Shown here: piece after piece, positions 1-8,171 of the stretch
Layout of the letters: the number at the start of each line of letters is the position of its first letter
Position numbering within the stretch: position 1 is the first letter of the stretch
NCBI GenBank assembly: GCA_964430785.1
Contig: CAYSFJ010000001.1
Span: forward strand, 4,029 to 68,028
From: an uncultured Mycoplasma sp.
Lineage (GTDB): Bacteria; Bacillota_I; Bacilli_A; RF39; UBA660
Length of the DNA stretch: 64,000 bases
Direction: 5' to 3'
Made by a program: the position numbers and the translations under genes
The notes under the pieces: generated by a model
Database searches by the model: none
What the model was told of the DNA's origin: nothing
Seen by the model: only the letters and a program-made list of their open reading frames with translations

Positions 1-1783
1 TATTATTTTAGGAAATTCTGGTATAAAAAAGGCTTATGAAACAGGTCGTGGTACAATTACAATAAGAAGTAGAGCTGTTATTGAGGAACAAAAAGGACAT
101 AATGTTATAATTATTGATGAAGTTCCATACGGCGTAAATACTGCAGAATTAAAAGATAAAGTTGCAGAACTTGTTCATAATAAAGTGCTTGAAGGTATTT
201 CTGATTATCATACTGATTTAAAAAATGGAATTAAAATTACAATTACCTTAAAAAAGGATGCAAATCCACAAGTTGTATTAAATAATTTATATAAACATAC
301 ATCATTTCAAATTTCCTATGGAATTATATTTTTAATGCTTGATGGTTTGACTCCAAAAACTTTAGGTTTAAAAGATATTATTTCTAAATATATAGATTTT
401 CAACGAGAAGTGATTATTCGTAGAACAAAATTTGATTTATCAAAAGCTGAAGCAAGAGTTCATATTTTAGAAGGATTAAAGATCGCTTTAGATTATATTG
501 ATGATGTAATTAAGATAATTAAATCATCAAAAACGGATGAAATAGCTAAGAAAGAGTTAAATTCAAAGTATGGCTTAGATGATATTCAATCTGAAGCAAT
601 TCTTGAAATGAAATTAAAGCGTTTAACTGGACTTGAAAGAGATAAAATTGAATCAGAATTAAATGAATTATTAAAATTAATTGAAGATTTAAAAGCAATT
701 TTAAGTAGTCCTCAAAAAATTGATGAAATAATTAAAAATGAATTGTTAGAAATTAAAAATAAATTTGCAGATGAAAGAAGAACTAATATAGATATGACCG
801 CTATTGATTATATTGATGATGAATCATTAATACCTGAAGAAAATATTATGATAGTTCTTACAAAAAAAGGATACATTAAAAGAACAAAACCAGATGCATT
901 TAGAACTCAAAATCGAGGAGGAATGGGTGTTAAAGGTATTACTACAAATGATGAAGATTTTGTAGATCAGGCATGTAATTTATCTAATCATGATCATATA
1001 TTATTCTTCACTAATAAGGGAAAAGTATATAGAATGAAAGGTTATGAAATTCCAGAATTTTCTAGAGTTTCCAAAGGTCTTCCTATTATAAATTTATTAC
1101 CGTTGCAAAAAGATGAATTTGTAACTTCTATAGTTTCAATATCAAAAGATTCTAAAAAGAATTATTTATTCTTTGCTACTAAAAAAGGCATTGTTAAGAA
1201 AACTAATATTAATGAATTTGAAAATATTAGAACTTCTGGTAAAATTTGTATAAGTTTAAAGGATAATGATGAGTTAATTGGTGTAAGGTTAGCAACGACT
1301 AATGATTTAATTTTACTAGGTTCTAGTAGTGGTAAACTTGTTAAATTTAATGAAAATGAAGTTAGACAAATGGGTAGAACCGCTTCAGGTGTAAGAGGAA
1401 TTAATCTTGATGGTGGAGAATGTATTTGTTTAGAAGCAGTCGAGGAATCTAATACCATATTAGTTGTTACAGAACTTGGTTATGGTAAACAGACTTTGGT
1501 TTCTGAATATCGTCAAACAAAAAGAGGTAGTAAAGGAGTCAAAGCATTAAATATTACAGAAAAAAATGGTAACTTAGTTTCAGTTAAAGTTTCTGATGAA
1601 AATAAAGAAATAGTTTTAATGACAAATTCTGGTATTACAATTAAGATGCCTATTGCACAAATATCTACTTTAGGAAGAGCAACACAAGGTACTAGACTTA
1701 TTCATTTAAAGGATAATCAAAAAGTAACTGCTATAAGTATTGTTGATAAAAGTATAAATGAAGAAGCCAAAGTTGAAGAATAA
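1..1783 (+). CDS. gyrA: DNA gyrase subunit A, C-terminal part (5' end lies upstream of window)
   Basis: Reading frame is open from position 2 (..AELVHNKVLEGISDYHTDLKNG..); typical GyrA C-terminal beta-pinwheel region; stop TAA 1781-1783. Confidence 0.9.
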   Translation, partial: IILGNSGIKKAYETGRGTITIRSRAVIEEQKGHNVIIIDEVPYGVNTAELKDKVAELVHNKVLEGISDYHTDLKNGIKITITLKKDANPQVVLNNLYKHTSFQISYGIIFLMLDGLTPKTLGLKDIISKYIDFQREVIIRRTKFDLSKAEARVHILEGLKIALDYIDDVIKIIKSSKTDEIAKKELNSKYGLDDIQSEAILEMKLKRLTGLERDKIESELNELLKLIEDLKAILSSPQKIDEIIKNELLEIKNKFADERRTNIDMTAIDYIDDESLIPEENIMIVLTKKGYIKRTKPDAFRTQNRGGMGVKGITTNDEDFVDQACNLSNHDHILFFTNKGKVYRMKGYEIPEFSRVSKGLPIINLLPLQKDEFVTSIVSISKDSKKNYLFFATKKGIVKKTNINEFENIRTSGKICISLKDNDELIGVRLATTNDLILLGSSSGKLVKFNENEVRQMGRTASGVRGINLDGGECICLEAVEESNTILVVTELGYGKQTLVSEYRQTKRGSKGVKALNITEKNGNLVSVKVSDENKEIVLMTNSGITIKMPIAQISTLGRATQGTRLIHLKDNQKVTAISIVDKSINEEAKVEE

Positions 1784-1786
1784 AAT

Positions 1787-1820
1787 AGCAATGTTTCACG
1801 TGAAACATTGCTTATTTTTT
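1787..1820 (+). terminator. intrinsic terminator after gyrA (hairpin AGCAATGTTTCACGTGAAACATTGCT + T-run)
   Basis: 26-nt perfect hairpin immediately after gyrA stop followed by TTATTTTTT; stem contains the parS palindrome. Confidence 0.5.
1792..1807. promoter_or_regulatory. parS centromere-like site 1 (TGTTTCACGTGAAACA)
   Basis: Perfect 16-bp palindrome identical to the Firmicute parS consensus tGTTtCACGTGAAACa; origin-proximal location next to gyrA. Confidence 0.7.
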
Positions 1821-1979
1821 GCCTAATATATGCCAAAAATCATGCATTTCACATATAATTTTATTGTATAATTTATAACAAATTAATAAATTTAGCTTCA
1901 TCTATATTATTTATATCAGATATATAAAATGTAATTCAATATAAAAAAAGCATTTAAATATTGAATAAATAGCCTTTAA

Positions 1980-1995
1980 TGTTTCACGTGAAACA
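1980..1995. promoter_or_regulatory. parS centromere-like site 2 (TGTTTCACGTGAAACA)
   Basis: Second perfect copy 188 bp downstream of site 1, again followed by TTATTTTTT. Confidence 0.7.
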
Positions 1996-2093
1996 TTGCT
2001 TATTTTTTACCTAACATATGCTAAAAATACAACATTTAAATAATTTTTTATTAAATTTACTTGCTAATTTATATCTTATTTGATATTATTATC

Positions 2094-2172
2094 TTGTGCA
2101 ACAAATATATTGTAATCTGGTCAGGTTAGGAATAAAGCAGCCATATCAATCAATGTTTGTGTGCACTTTTTT
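2094..2172 (+). ncRNA. ffs: signal recognition particle RNA, short (4.5S-like) form
   Basis: CUGGUCAGGUUAGGAAUAAAGCAGCCA matches the conserved SRP RNA domain IV (E. coli CAGGUCAGGUCCGGAAGGAAGCAGCCA) with a GGAA tetraloop. Flanking GUGCAACAAA../..UUUGUGUGCAC can pair into the closing helix. U-run at 2167-2173. Confidence 0.55.
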
Positions 2173-2183
2173 TGAGGTTGAAA

Positions 2184-2594
2184 ATGAATGAAAAATTTTT
2201 AAATATTTTAATGAAAGAATGTAAAAAAGCATTTAATAAAGGCGAGGTACCTGTTGCTTGTATTATAACAAAAAATGATAAAATAATATCTAAATCTCAT
2301 AATTTAAAACATAAAACAAATTTTATTTTAAATCATGCAGAAATTATTGCTATAAAAAAAGCAGCAAAAAAGAACAAAGATTGGCGATTAAATGGTTATG
2401 ATATGTATGTTACATTAGAACCATGCAATATGTGTAAAGAAATAATAAAACAATCAAGAATCGATAATATATATTACTTAGTAAATTCAAATTTTAAAAA
2501 AGTAAATACATATGAACCTAAATATATTAAAGTTGATATAAATAATAATTTTTTTTGTAAAATAATTAATAGTTTTTTTACAGATAAAAGATAG
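2184..2594 (+). CDS. tadA: tRNA-specific adenosine deaminase
   Basis: CMP/dCMP deaminase zinc motifs HAE (ILNHAEIIAI) and PCxxC (LEPCNMCKE). RBS GAGGT then ATG at 2184 (the tracked ORF start at 2157 would overlap ffs). Confidence 0.75.
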   Translation: MNEKFLNILMKECKKAFNKGEVPVACIITKNDKIISKSHNLKHKTNFILNHAEIIAIKKAAKKNKDWRLNGYDMYVTLEPCNMCKEIIKQSRIDNIYYLVNSNFKKVNTYEPKYIKVDINNNFFCKIINSFFTDKR

Positions 2595-2641
2595 AAATAT
2601 AGTTAAATGATTGATATAATATCTATAGAAATGGAGGTAAC

Positions 2642-4207
2642 ATGAATTATAAAGTACTATATAGAAAATATCGCCCAAAAACATTTGATGAAGTAGTTGG
2701 CCAAAATAATATTATTACACTTTTAAAGGAAAGTATTAGAGATAATAAAATTTCACATGCTTATATATTTTCTGGCCCTAGAGGAACTGGCAAAACGAGT
2801 ACTGCTAAAATCTTTGCAAAAGCAATTAATTGTTTAAATAATACTGATGGTAATCCATGTTTAAATTGCGAAATTTGTAATAATTTTAATTTAAATAATG
2901 ATATTTATGAAATAGATGCGGCTTCAAATACAGGTGTAGACCAAATAAGAGAAATTATCGATAATGTAAAACTTTCTCCGATTACTTCAAAATATAAAGT
3001 TTATATTATTGATGAAGTTCATATGCTTAGTACTAGTGCATTTAATGCTTTACTCTTAACTTTAGAGGAACCTCCTTCCCATGTAGTTTTTATTTTAGCC
3101 ACTACAAACATTGAGGATGTACCAATTACTGTTTTATCTAGATGCCAAAGATTGGATTTCCAAAAAATAGCAAACAAAGATATTATCAATCAATTAAAAA
3201 AGATATGTAATGAAGAAAATATTAGTATATCTGAATCAGCTATTGAAGAAATTGCTAATTATTCTGATGGTGGTATGCGTGATGCCTTAAGTATATTAGA
3301 TCAATTGTCTAAACTTAATAGAAAGGTTGAATATGAAGATGTAATTAATATTTTGGGAACAATCTCAAATGCTGATATAAAATTATTAATTGATAGTATT
3401 AATGAAAATAACGTCGAAAAAATAATTAAATTTGTTGATAAATGCAGAGATTTAAATGTAGATTATAAAAACTTAATAAAAAAAATTATAAAAGAAATAA
3501 ATAGTAGGGCAGTTAATATAAAATTAAATAAGCAAATTGATAATCTAAGTTATAATCAATATCAAGAATTAAGTTTTAAATTAACTGAATCATTATATAA
3601 AATTAATGTTAATGTTGATATATTTAGTATGCTGGAACTTACCTTATTAAATTACGTTGATGTATCCAGTGATAAGAATCATAGTAATTATGTTTCTGAA
3701 ATTAATAAAAATGAAAATAAATCAGATATAAAGAAAAATATTGAATCTCAAAAAGAAGTAAAACAAGAAAAAAATAATTCAAAATTAGAATTTATTAGAA
3801 TAAATAATTGCTTTATTAATGCTTCAAAAGAGGAAAAAATTAAGGCTATTAAATTATGGGACAATTTTTTGAATATTTGTGATAATAAAAAAATTATGGG
3901 ATTAATTGAAGATACTAAAGTAGTTTTGTCTTCATCCGAAATTATAGTTTTAATAACCCAAATGAATGCATTAGTGGATGAAATCAATACAAATATAAGT
4001 TCGCTTGAAAGTAATTTTAATAAACTTAATAATTCCAATTATAAATTTATTGCTACAAGTAATGATAATTGGTTAAATGAAATGGAAAAATATAAATCTA
4101 ATTTAAAAAATAATATAAAATATCATTTTATTGAAGAAAATGAACAAAATATAGAATATGATGATATAATAGATGTATTCAATAAAAAAAAGATTGAAGA
4201 AAGATAA
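2642..4207 (+). CDS. dnaX: DNA polymerase III subunit gamma/tau
   Basis: N-terminus YRPKTFDEVVGQ..GPRGTGKTS (AAA+ clamp-loader Walker A), SRC motif (LSRCQRLDF); synteny tadA-dnaX-ybaB-recR. Confidence 0.9.
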   Translation: MNYKVLYRKYRPKTFDEVVGQNNIITLLKESIRDNKISHAYIFSGPRGTGKTSTAKIFAKAINCLNNTDGNPCLNCEICNNFNLNNDIYEIDAASNTGVDQIREIIDNVKLSPITSKYKVYIIDEVHMLSTSAFNALLLTLEEPPSHVVFILATTNIEDVPITVLSRCQRLDFQKIANKDIINQLKKICNEENISISESAIEEIANYSDGGMRDALSILDQLSKLNRKVEYEDVINILGTISNADIKLLIDSINENNVEKIIKFVDKCRDLNVDYKNLIKKIIKEINSRAVNIKLNKQIDNLSYNQYQELSFKLTESLYKINVNVDIFSMLELTLLNYVDVSSDKNHSNYVSEINKNENKSDIKKNIESQKEVKQEKNNSKLEFIRINNCFINASKEEKIKAIKLWDNFLNICDNKKIMGLIEDTKVVLSSSEIIVLITQMNALVDEINTNISSLESNFNKLNNSNYKFIATSNDNWLNEMEKYKSNLKNNIKYHFIEENEQNIEYDDIIDVFNKKKIEER

Positions 4208-4220
4208 GGAGGAAATTTTT

Positions 4221-4517
4221 ATGAATATGCAACAAATAATGCAACAAGCACAAAGAATGCAAAAAGACATTATGAACAAAAAATCAGAGCTTGATGCTAT
4301 GACTTTTATTGGAAAATCTGAATGGGTGGAGGTTACTTTTAAAGGAGATAAGGAAATTCAAAGTATTAATATTACAATTGATGATGCTTTTAACAAAGAA
4401 AATAAGGAAATTTTATCAGATATGATTTTAATTGCAATAAAAGATGCTTTTAAACAAATTGATAAGGAAACTGAAAATAAATTAGGTAAATACTCTAATA
4501 TGGGTGGTTTATTTTAA
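4221..4517 (+). CDS. ybaB: nucleoid-associated protein YbaB/EbfC
   Basis: ~99 aa, MNMQQIMQQAQRMQKD.. typical YbaB N-terminus; AGGAGG RBS before ATG 4221; lies between dnaX and recR as in most bacteria. Confidence 0.8.
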   Translation: MNMQQIMQQAQRMQKDIMNKKSELDAMTFIGKSEWVEVTFKGDKEIQSINITIDDAFNKENKEILSDMILIAIKDAFKQIDKETENKLGKYSNMGGLF

Positions 4518-5113
4518 TGTATCCAAAAATTTTGGAAGAATTGATTGGTTATTTTAAAAAGTATCCTACAATTGGTGAAAAAAGTGCAGAAAGGCTTGCT
4601 TTGGCAACGTTAGATTTATCTGAAGAAGAATTAATTAATTTTAGTAATACCTTGGTGAATGCAAAAAGAAAATTAAAACCATGTAAAATTTGTAGTAATC
4701 TTACAGATAATGAAGTTTGTGATATTTGTAAGGATGAAAGCAGAGATAAAAATTTAATTTGTGTAGTTGAGGATTATAAAAGTCTAATTTCCTTTGAAAA
4801 AGCTGGTAATTTTAAAGGAGTATATCATGTTTTAAATGGACTAATATCTCCGATAGATAACATATCACCACAAGATATCAATATTTCTGCATTGGTAAAA
4901 AGAATTGAAAAGTTGGACAAACCAGAAATAATAATTGCACTTCGTTCCTCAATTGAGGGTCAAACCACTACTTTATATATTAAGCAAATATTTGAAAATA
5001 AAGGAGTAACTATTTCAAGACTTTCTTATGGTATTCCTATGGGTGCAGAGATAGATTATTTAGATGTTTTAACTTTAGACAAAGCATTAAGTGATAGAAA
5101 AATTATTTCATAA
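4517..5113 (+). CDS. recR: recombination protein RecR
   Basis: 198 aa, C4 zinc finger (CKICSNLTDNEVCDIC), Toprim region; conserved position. Confidence 0.9.
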   Translation: MYPKILEELIGYFKKYPTIGEKSAERLALATLDLSEEELINFSNTLVNAKRKLKPCKICSNLTDNEVCDICKDESRDKNLICVVEDYKSLISFEKAGNFKGVYHVLNGLISPIDNISPQDINISALVKRIEKLDKPEIIIALRSSIEGQTTTLYIKQIFENKGVTISRLSYGIPMGAEIDYLDVLTLDKALSDRKIIS

Positions 5114-5149
5114 ATAGTTTATATTTTCATATTATTTTATTGAGGATAT

Positions 5150-5335
5150 ATGATAAAAAAAATATTTAATATTGTAAAAAAAATAGTATTATCTATATGT
5201 ATTTTATATACAATTAATTTATTACTATCATCTTTAAATATAATAATTCCAATCAATTTTATTACAATTTTAATTTTATCTTTACTTGATTTTCCTGGAC
5301 TTTGTGGTATTGTAATATTATACTTATTAATTTAA
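5150..5335 (+). CDS. bofA: small membrane protein, BofA-like (pro-sigma-K processing inhibitor family)
   Basis: 61 aa, two TM segments, PIN..FPGLCGI resembles BofA C-terminus (..PINLVTTAISGILGIPGI..); same position after recR as B. subtilis bofA. Confidence 0.45.
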   Translation: MIKKIFNIVKKIVLSICILYTINLLLSSLNIIIPINFITILILSLLDFPGLCGIVILYLLI

Positions 5336-5344
5336 GAGGTTTTT

Positions 5345-6148
5345 ATGAAGTTTAATTATGTTTTTGATAACTTATTATCTTTATATCGTGAGAATAAATT
5401 AGCTCACGCTTATTTGTTTGAGACAAATAATATACAAAGGTGTTTGAGTGATTTAAAATTGTTTGTAAAACAGATATTTTCACAATTAGAAAATATTGAA
5501 ATACTTGTTGATAGTAATAGTTTACCTAGTTTAAAAATTATTACACCTTCGTCTAAAACAATAAAAAAAGACGATATATCTTTAATTCAAAAATCATTTA
5601 ATTTATGTTCATTATATACTCCTCAAAATATATATGTTATTGTAAGTCCTGAAAAAATGAATAGTTCTGCTTATAATCAAATGCTTAAATTTTTAGAGGA
5701 ACCAGAAGATAATATTATTGGCTTTTTTATAACCGATTCAAAAGAAAATATTGCTCCAACAATAATGAGCAGACTCGAAGTTCTAAAAATAAAGTATATT
5801 GATAATGATAATTCAAATTTTTTAGGATTAACTAATGAAGAATATAATGATATTTTAAATGATGCAAATAATTTATTAATCAAAATAGAACTAGATAAAT
5901 TAAATATAATTTTATATAATAATAATGTAATTTTAAAAAAATATGTTGATAAAACCAATTTAATTTTATTAATAAAATCATTATATGATTGTTATTATCA
6001 AAAATTGTATGTAAATAATGAGTTAAATAATAAAATATTAAAAAAACTTAAAATTATTAATGATTATTTATTTAAATTACAATATAATGTTAATTTAAGC
6101 TTGCTTTTAAGTGGATTAACACTGGAGTTAGGAGATACAAATGAATAG
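5345..6148 (+). CDS. holB: DNA polymerase III delta' subunit
   Basis: 267 aa; N-terminal KLAHAYLFE (delta' has degenerate Walker A), clamp-loader-like; synteny holB-yaaT. Confidence 0.7.
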   Translation: MKFNYVFDNLLSLYRENKLAHAYLFETNNIQRCLSDLKLFVKQIFSQLENIEILVDSNSLPSLKIITPSSKTIKKDDISLIQKSFNLCSLYTPQNIYVIVSPEKMNSSAYNQMLKFLEEPEDNIIGFFITDSKENIAPTIMSRLEVLKIKYIDNDNSNFLGLTNEEYNDILNDANNLLIKIELDKLNIILYNNNVILKKYVDKTNLILLIKSLYDCYYQKLYVNNELNNKILKKLKIINDYLFKLQYNVNLSLLLSGLTLELGDTNE

Positions 6149-6926
6149 TTACGCTGTAATATATTATGGAAATAATAAAATTTATTATTTTAAAAGTTCT
6201 GAAAAATTTGAAATAGATGATGAAGTTATTGTGGATACTGATAAAGGAAATCAGTATGCAAAAATAGTTAAAGCTGTTGATTTACAAAAAAATGAGGAAT
6301 TAAAGGAAATAATTAGAAAAGCAAATGAAGAAGATCAAAATAATTTTTATACAAATATAAAAGATGCTGAGATAGCTTTGTCAAAAGCAAAAACAATTGC
6401 TAAAGATTTAAATTTAAATATGAATATAATAAATGCTCAATATACATTAAATAGATCACAATTGTTATTTAATTTTTATGCAGAAGAAAGAGTAGATTTT
6501 CGTGAACTTGCTAGAAAACTTGCTGGTCAATTTAGAACTCGTATAGAATTACGTCAAATAGGTGCCAGAGATAAAGCTAAACAAGTTGGTGGAATAGGGG
6601 TTTGTGGTAGAAAATTGTGCTGTTCAAAATTTTTAAATCAATTTGATTCAATTACTATGAATATGGCTAAAAATCAAAATTTATCACTTAACCCATCAAA
6701 AATAAATGGTTGTTGTGGAAGACTTTTGTGTTGTCTTAGTTATGAGGATGATGAATATATTAAGTGTGGAAAAAATTTAAAATCGATTGGAAGTATTATA
6801 AAATATAAAGGAAAAGAAGCAACAATAATTGGCGTTGATATTTTAAACAGAAAATATAAAATACTTATTGATGAACAAAAAATACTTATTGATGCTCAAG
6901 AGATTGAAAATGATAGTAAAAAATGA
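6141..6926 (+). CDS. ricT: stage 0 sporulation protein YaaT / RicT (PSP1 C-terminal domain)
   Basis: 261 aa; PSP1 domain with Cys cluster (GVCGRKLCC..GCCGRLLCC) typical of YaaT. Confidence 0.75.
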   Translation: MNSYAVIYYGNNKIYYFKSSEKFEIDDEVIVDTDKGNQYAKIVKAVDLQKNEELKEIIRKANEEDQNNFYTNIKDAEIALSKAKTIAKDLNLNMNIINAQYTLNRSQLLFNFYAEERVDFRELARKLAGQFRTRIELRQIGARDKAKQVGGIGVCGRKLCCSKFLNQFDSITMNMAKNQNLSLNPSKINGCCGRLLCCLSYEDDEYIKCGKNLKSIGSIIKYKGKEATIIGVDILNRKYKILIDEQKILIDAQEIENDSKK

Positions 6927-7644
6927 TTTATATGATTATCAAAATCGTTATATTTATCAAGATACTGATTTCTTTAAATTTTCAATAGATTCTATTTTAT
7001 TAGCGGAGTTTGTAGATAAAAAAGATTTAAAAGGAAATATATTAGATATATGTACAGGAAATGGTGCAGTTTCATTAATTTTGTCTGAATATACAAAAAG
7101 TAATATAGTGGGATTTGAAATTCAAAATAAAATTGCATCTTTAGCAACAATGTCTGTTGAAGAAACTAATCTATCAAAACAAATTAAGATTATTAATGAT
7201 GATGCAAAAAATTTATTTAAATATTATAATAAGGGATTTTTTGATACAATGGTTTGTAATCCACCCTATTTTGAATTTAATGGAAATATGATAAATAATC
7301 TAGAAGAAATGACTATTGCAAGGCATGAGGTATATTTAACTTTAGAAAACATATTTCAAATTGCTGATTATGCATTAAGCTCAAAAGGAACTTTATATAT
7401 AGTAAATAGAGCTCAGAGGTTAGATGAACTTATAATTTTTGGAAACAAATATAATATTGGTATAAAGAAAATTCAGTTAATTAAAACAAAAAAAGATAAA
7501 TCACCATCTCTTGTAATTATTAAAGCGGTAAAAAATTCAAAAAAACATGTTATTATAAATGATGTAATTAATATAGAAAATATGAAAACTTATAAAAATA
7601 TATTTAATGGAGGAAAAAATGAAGTTGATAGTTGGACTAGGTAA
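6910..7644 (+). CDS. SAM-dependent N6-adenine methyltransferase, YabB/TrmN6-like
   Basis: NPPY motif (MVCNPPYFE), SAM-binding LDICTGNGAV; B. subtilis yabB occupies the same position after yaaT. Start moved to ATG 6910 to avoid a long overlap with ricT. Confidence 0.6.
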   Translation: MIVKNDLYDYQNRYIYQDTDFFKFSIDSILLAEFVDKKDLKGNILDICTGNGAVSLILSEYTKSNIVGFEIQNKIASLATMSVEETNLSKQIKIINDDAKNLFKYYNKGFFDTMVCNPPYFEFNGNMINNLEEMTIARHEVYLTLENIFQIADYALSSKGTLYIVNRAQRLDELIIFGNKYNIGIKKIQLIKTKKDKSPSLVIIKAVKNSKKHVIINDVINIENMKTYKNIFNGGKNEVDSWTR

Positions 7645-8170
7645 TCCAGGTAAAGAATATGAATATTCAAGACATAATGTTGGTTTTATTATTTTAAATA
7701 ATTATTTTTCTGATGCAAATTGGCAAAAAAAAGATAATTATGAGTATATAGAAAAAATTTTTAATAATGAAAAAGTAATCTTTATAAAGCCTTTAACATA
7801 TATGAATTTATCTGGGTTAGCGGTTCAAAAAATTGTAAATTTTTATAAAATTCCTGTTGAAAATATTTTAATTATTCATGATGATTTAGATTTGCCTGAA
7901 AAAACTGTTAGATTTAAATTTAATTCTTCAGCTGGGGGACATAATGGAATAAAGTCAATCATCAACTCTTTAGGAACCACAAGATTTTCCCATTTAAAAG
8001 TGGGTATTGGTAGAAAAGAATATTCTGATCAAAAAGATTATGTTTTAAGTAATTTATCCAAAGACGAAATTAATTTTTTACAAAATGATAAATTTATACA
8101 GATGATTAACACTTTTATTGAACAAGGAATTACAATCTGTATGAATAGATACAATTCAAATGGAGATTAA
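7619..8170 (+). CDS. pth: peptidyl-tRNA hydrolase
   Basis: MKLIVGLGNPGKEY..RHNVGF signature N-terminus; pth-mfd synteny. Confidence 0.85.
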   Translation: MKLIVGLGNPGKEYEYSRHNVGFIILNNYFSDANWQKKDNYEYIEKIFNNEKVIFIKPLTYMNLSGLAVQKIVNFYKIPVENILIIHDDLDLPEKTVRFKFNSSAGGHNGIKSIINSLGTTRFSHLKVGIGRKEYSDQKDYVLSNLSKDEINFLQNDKFIQMINTFIEQGITICMNRYNSNGD

Positions 8171-8171
8171 A

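Larger units (their letters stand above)
1789..2036. repeat. two ~50-bp direct repeats (1789-1840 and 1977-2028) each carrying parS + T-run
   Basis: AATGTTTCACGTGAAACATTGCTTATTTTTTxCCTAAxATATGCxAAAAAT recurs with only ~4 mismatches. Confidence 0.6.

Noticed and set aside
1162-1458. Antisense and embedded ORFs within strongly supported genes. Examples: 1162-1458(-), 2487-2684(-), 3748-4038(-), 5677-5958(-), 8470-8691(-), 9165-9359(-), 10929-11117(-), 13918-14133(-), 14703-14948(-), 15439-15684(-), 17573-17779(-), 23055-23267(-), 27141-27377(-), 27151-27366(+), 28171-28383(-), 29081-29287(+), 30289-30477(+), 30557-30754(-), 31796-31981(+), 33071-33256(+), 33128-33310(-), 36193-36387(+), 36308-36529(-), 38215-38397(+), 39944-40204(-), 44624-44830(-), 45212-45502(-), 47146-47448(-), 53331-53651(-), 57158-57415(-), 57871-58071(-), 59402-59584(-), 60462-60671(-), 60796-60990(-)
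   Set aside because: All lie inside or opposite genes with unmistakable family signatures. They have low-complexity, Ile/Leu/Phe/Lys-rich translations typical of chance open frames in very AT-rich DNA, no RBS, and no conserved motifs.
2157-2183. Tracked tadA start at 2157 (MCALFLRLKMNEKF..)
   Set aside because: It would overlap the 3' helix and U-tract of the SRP RNA. ATG 2184 has a GAGGT RBS and gives the conserved TadA N-terminus.
1784-2183. rRNA operon or tRNA cluster expected downstream of gyrA
   Set aside because: Region is only 400 bp of AT-rich DNA with parS repeats and SRP RNA; no rRNA-like conserved sequence present.
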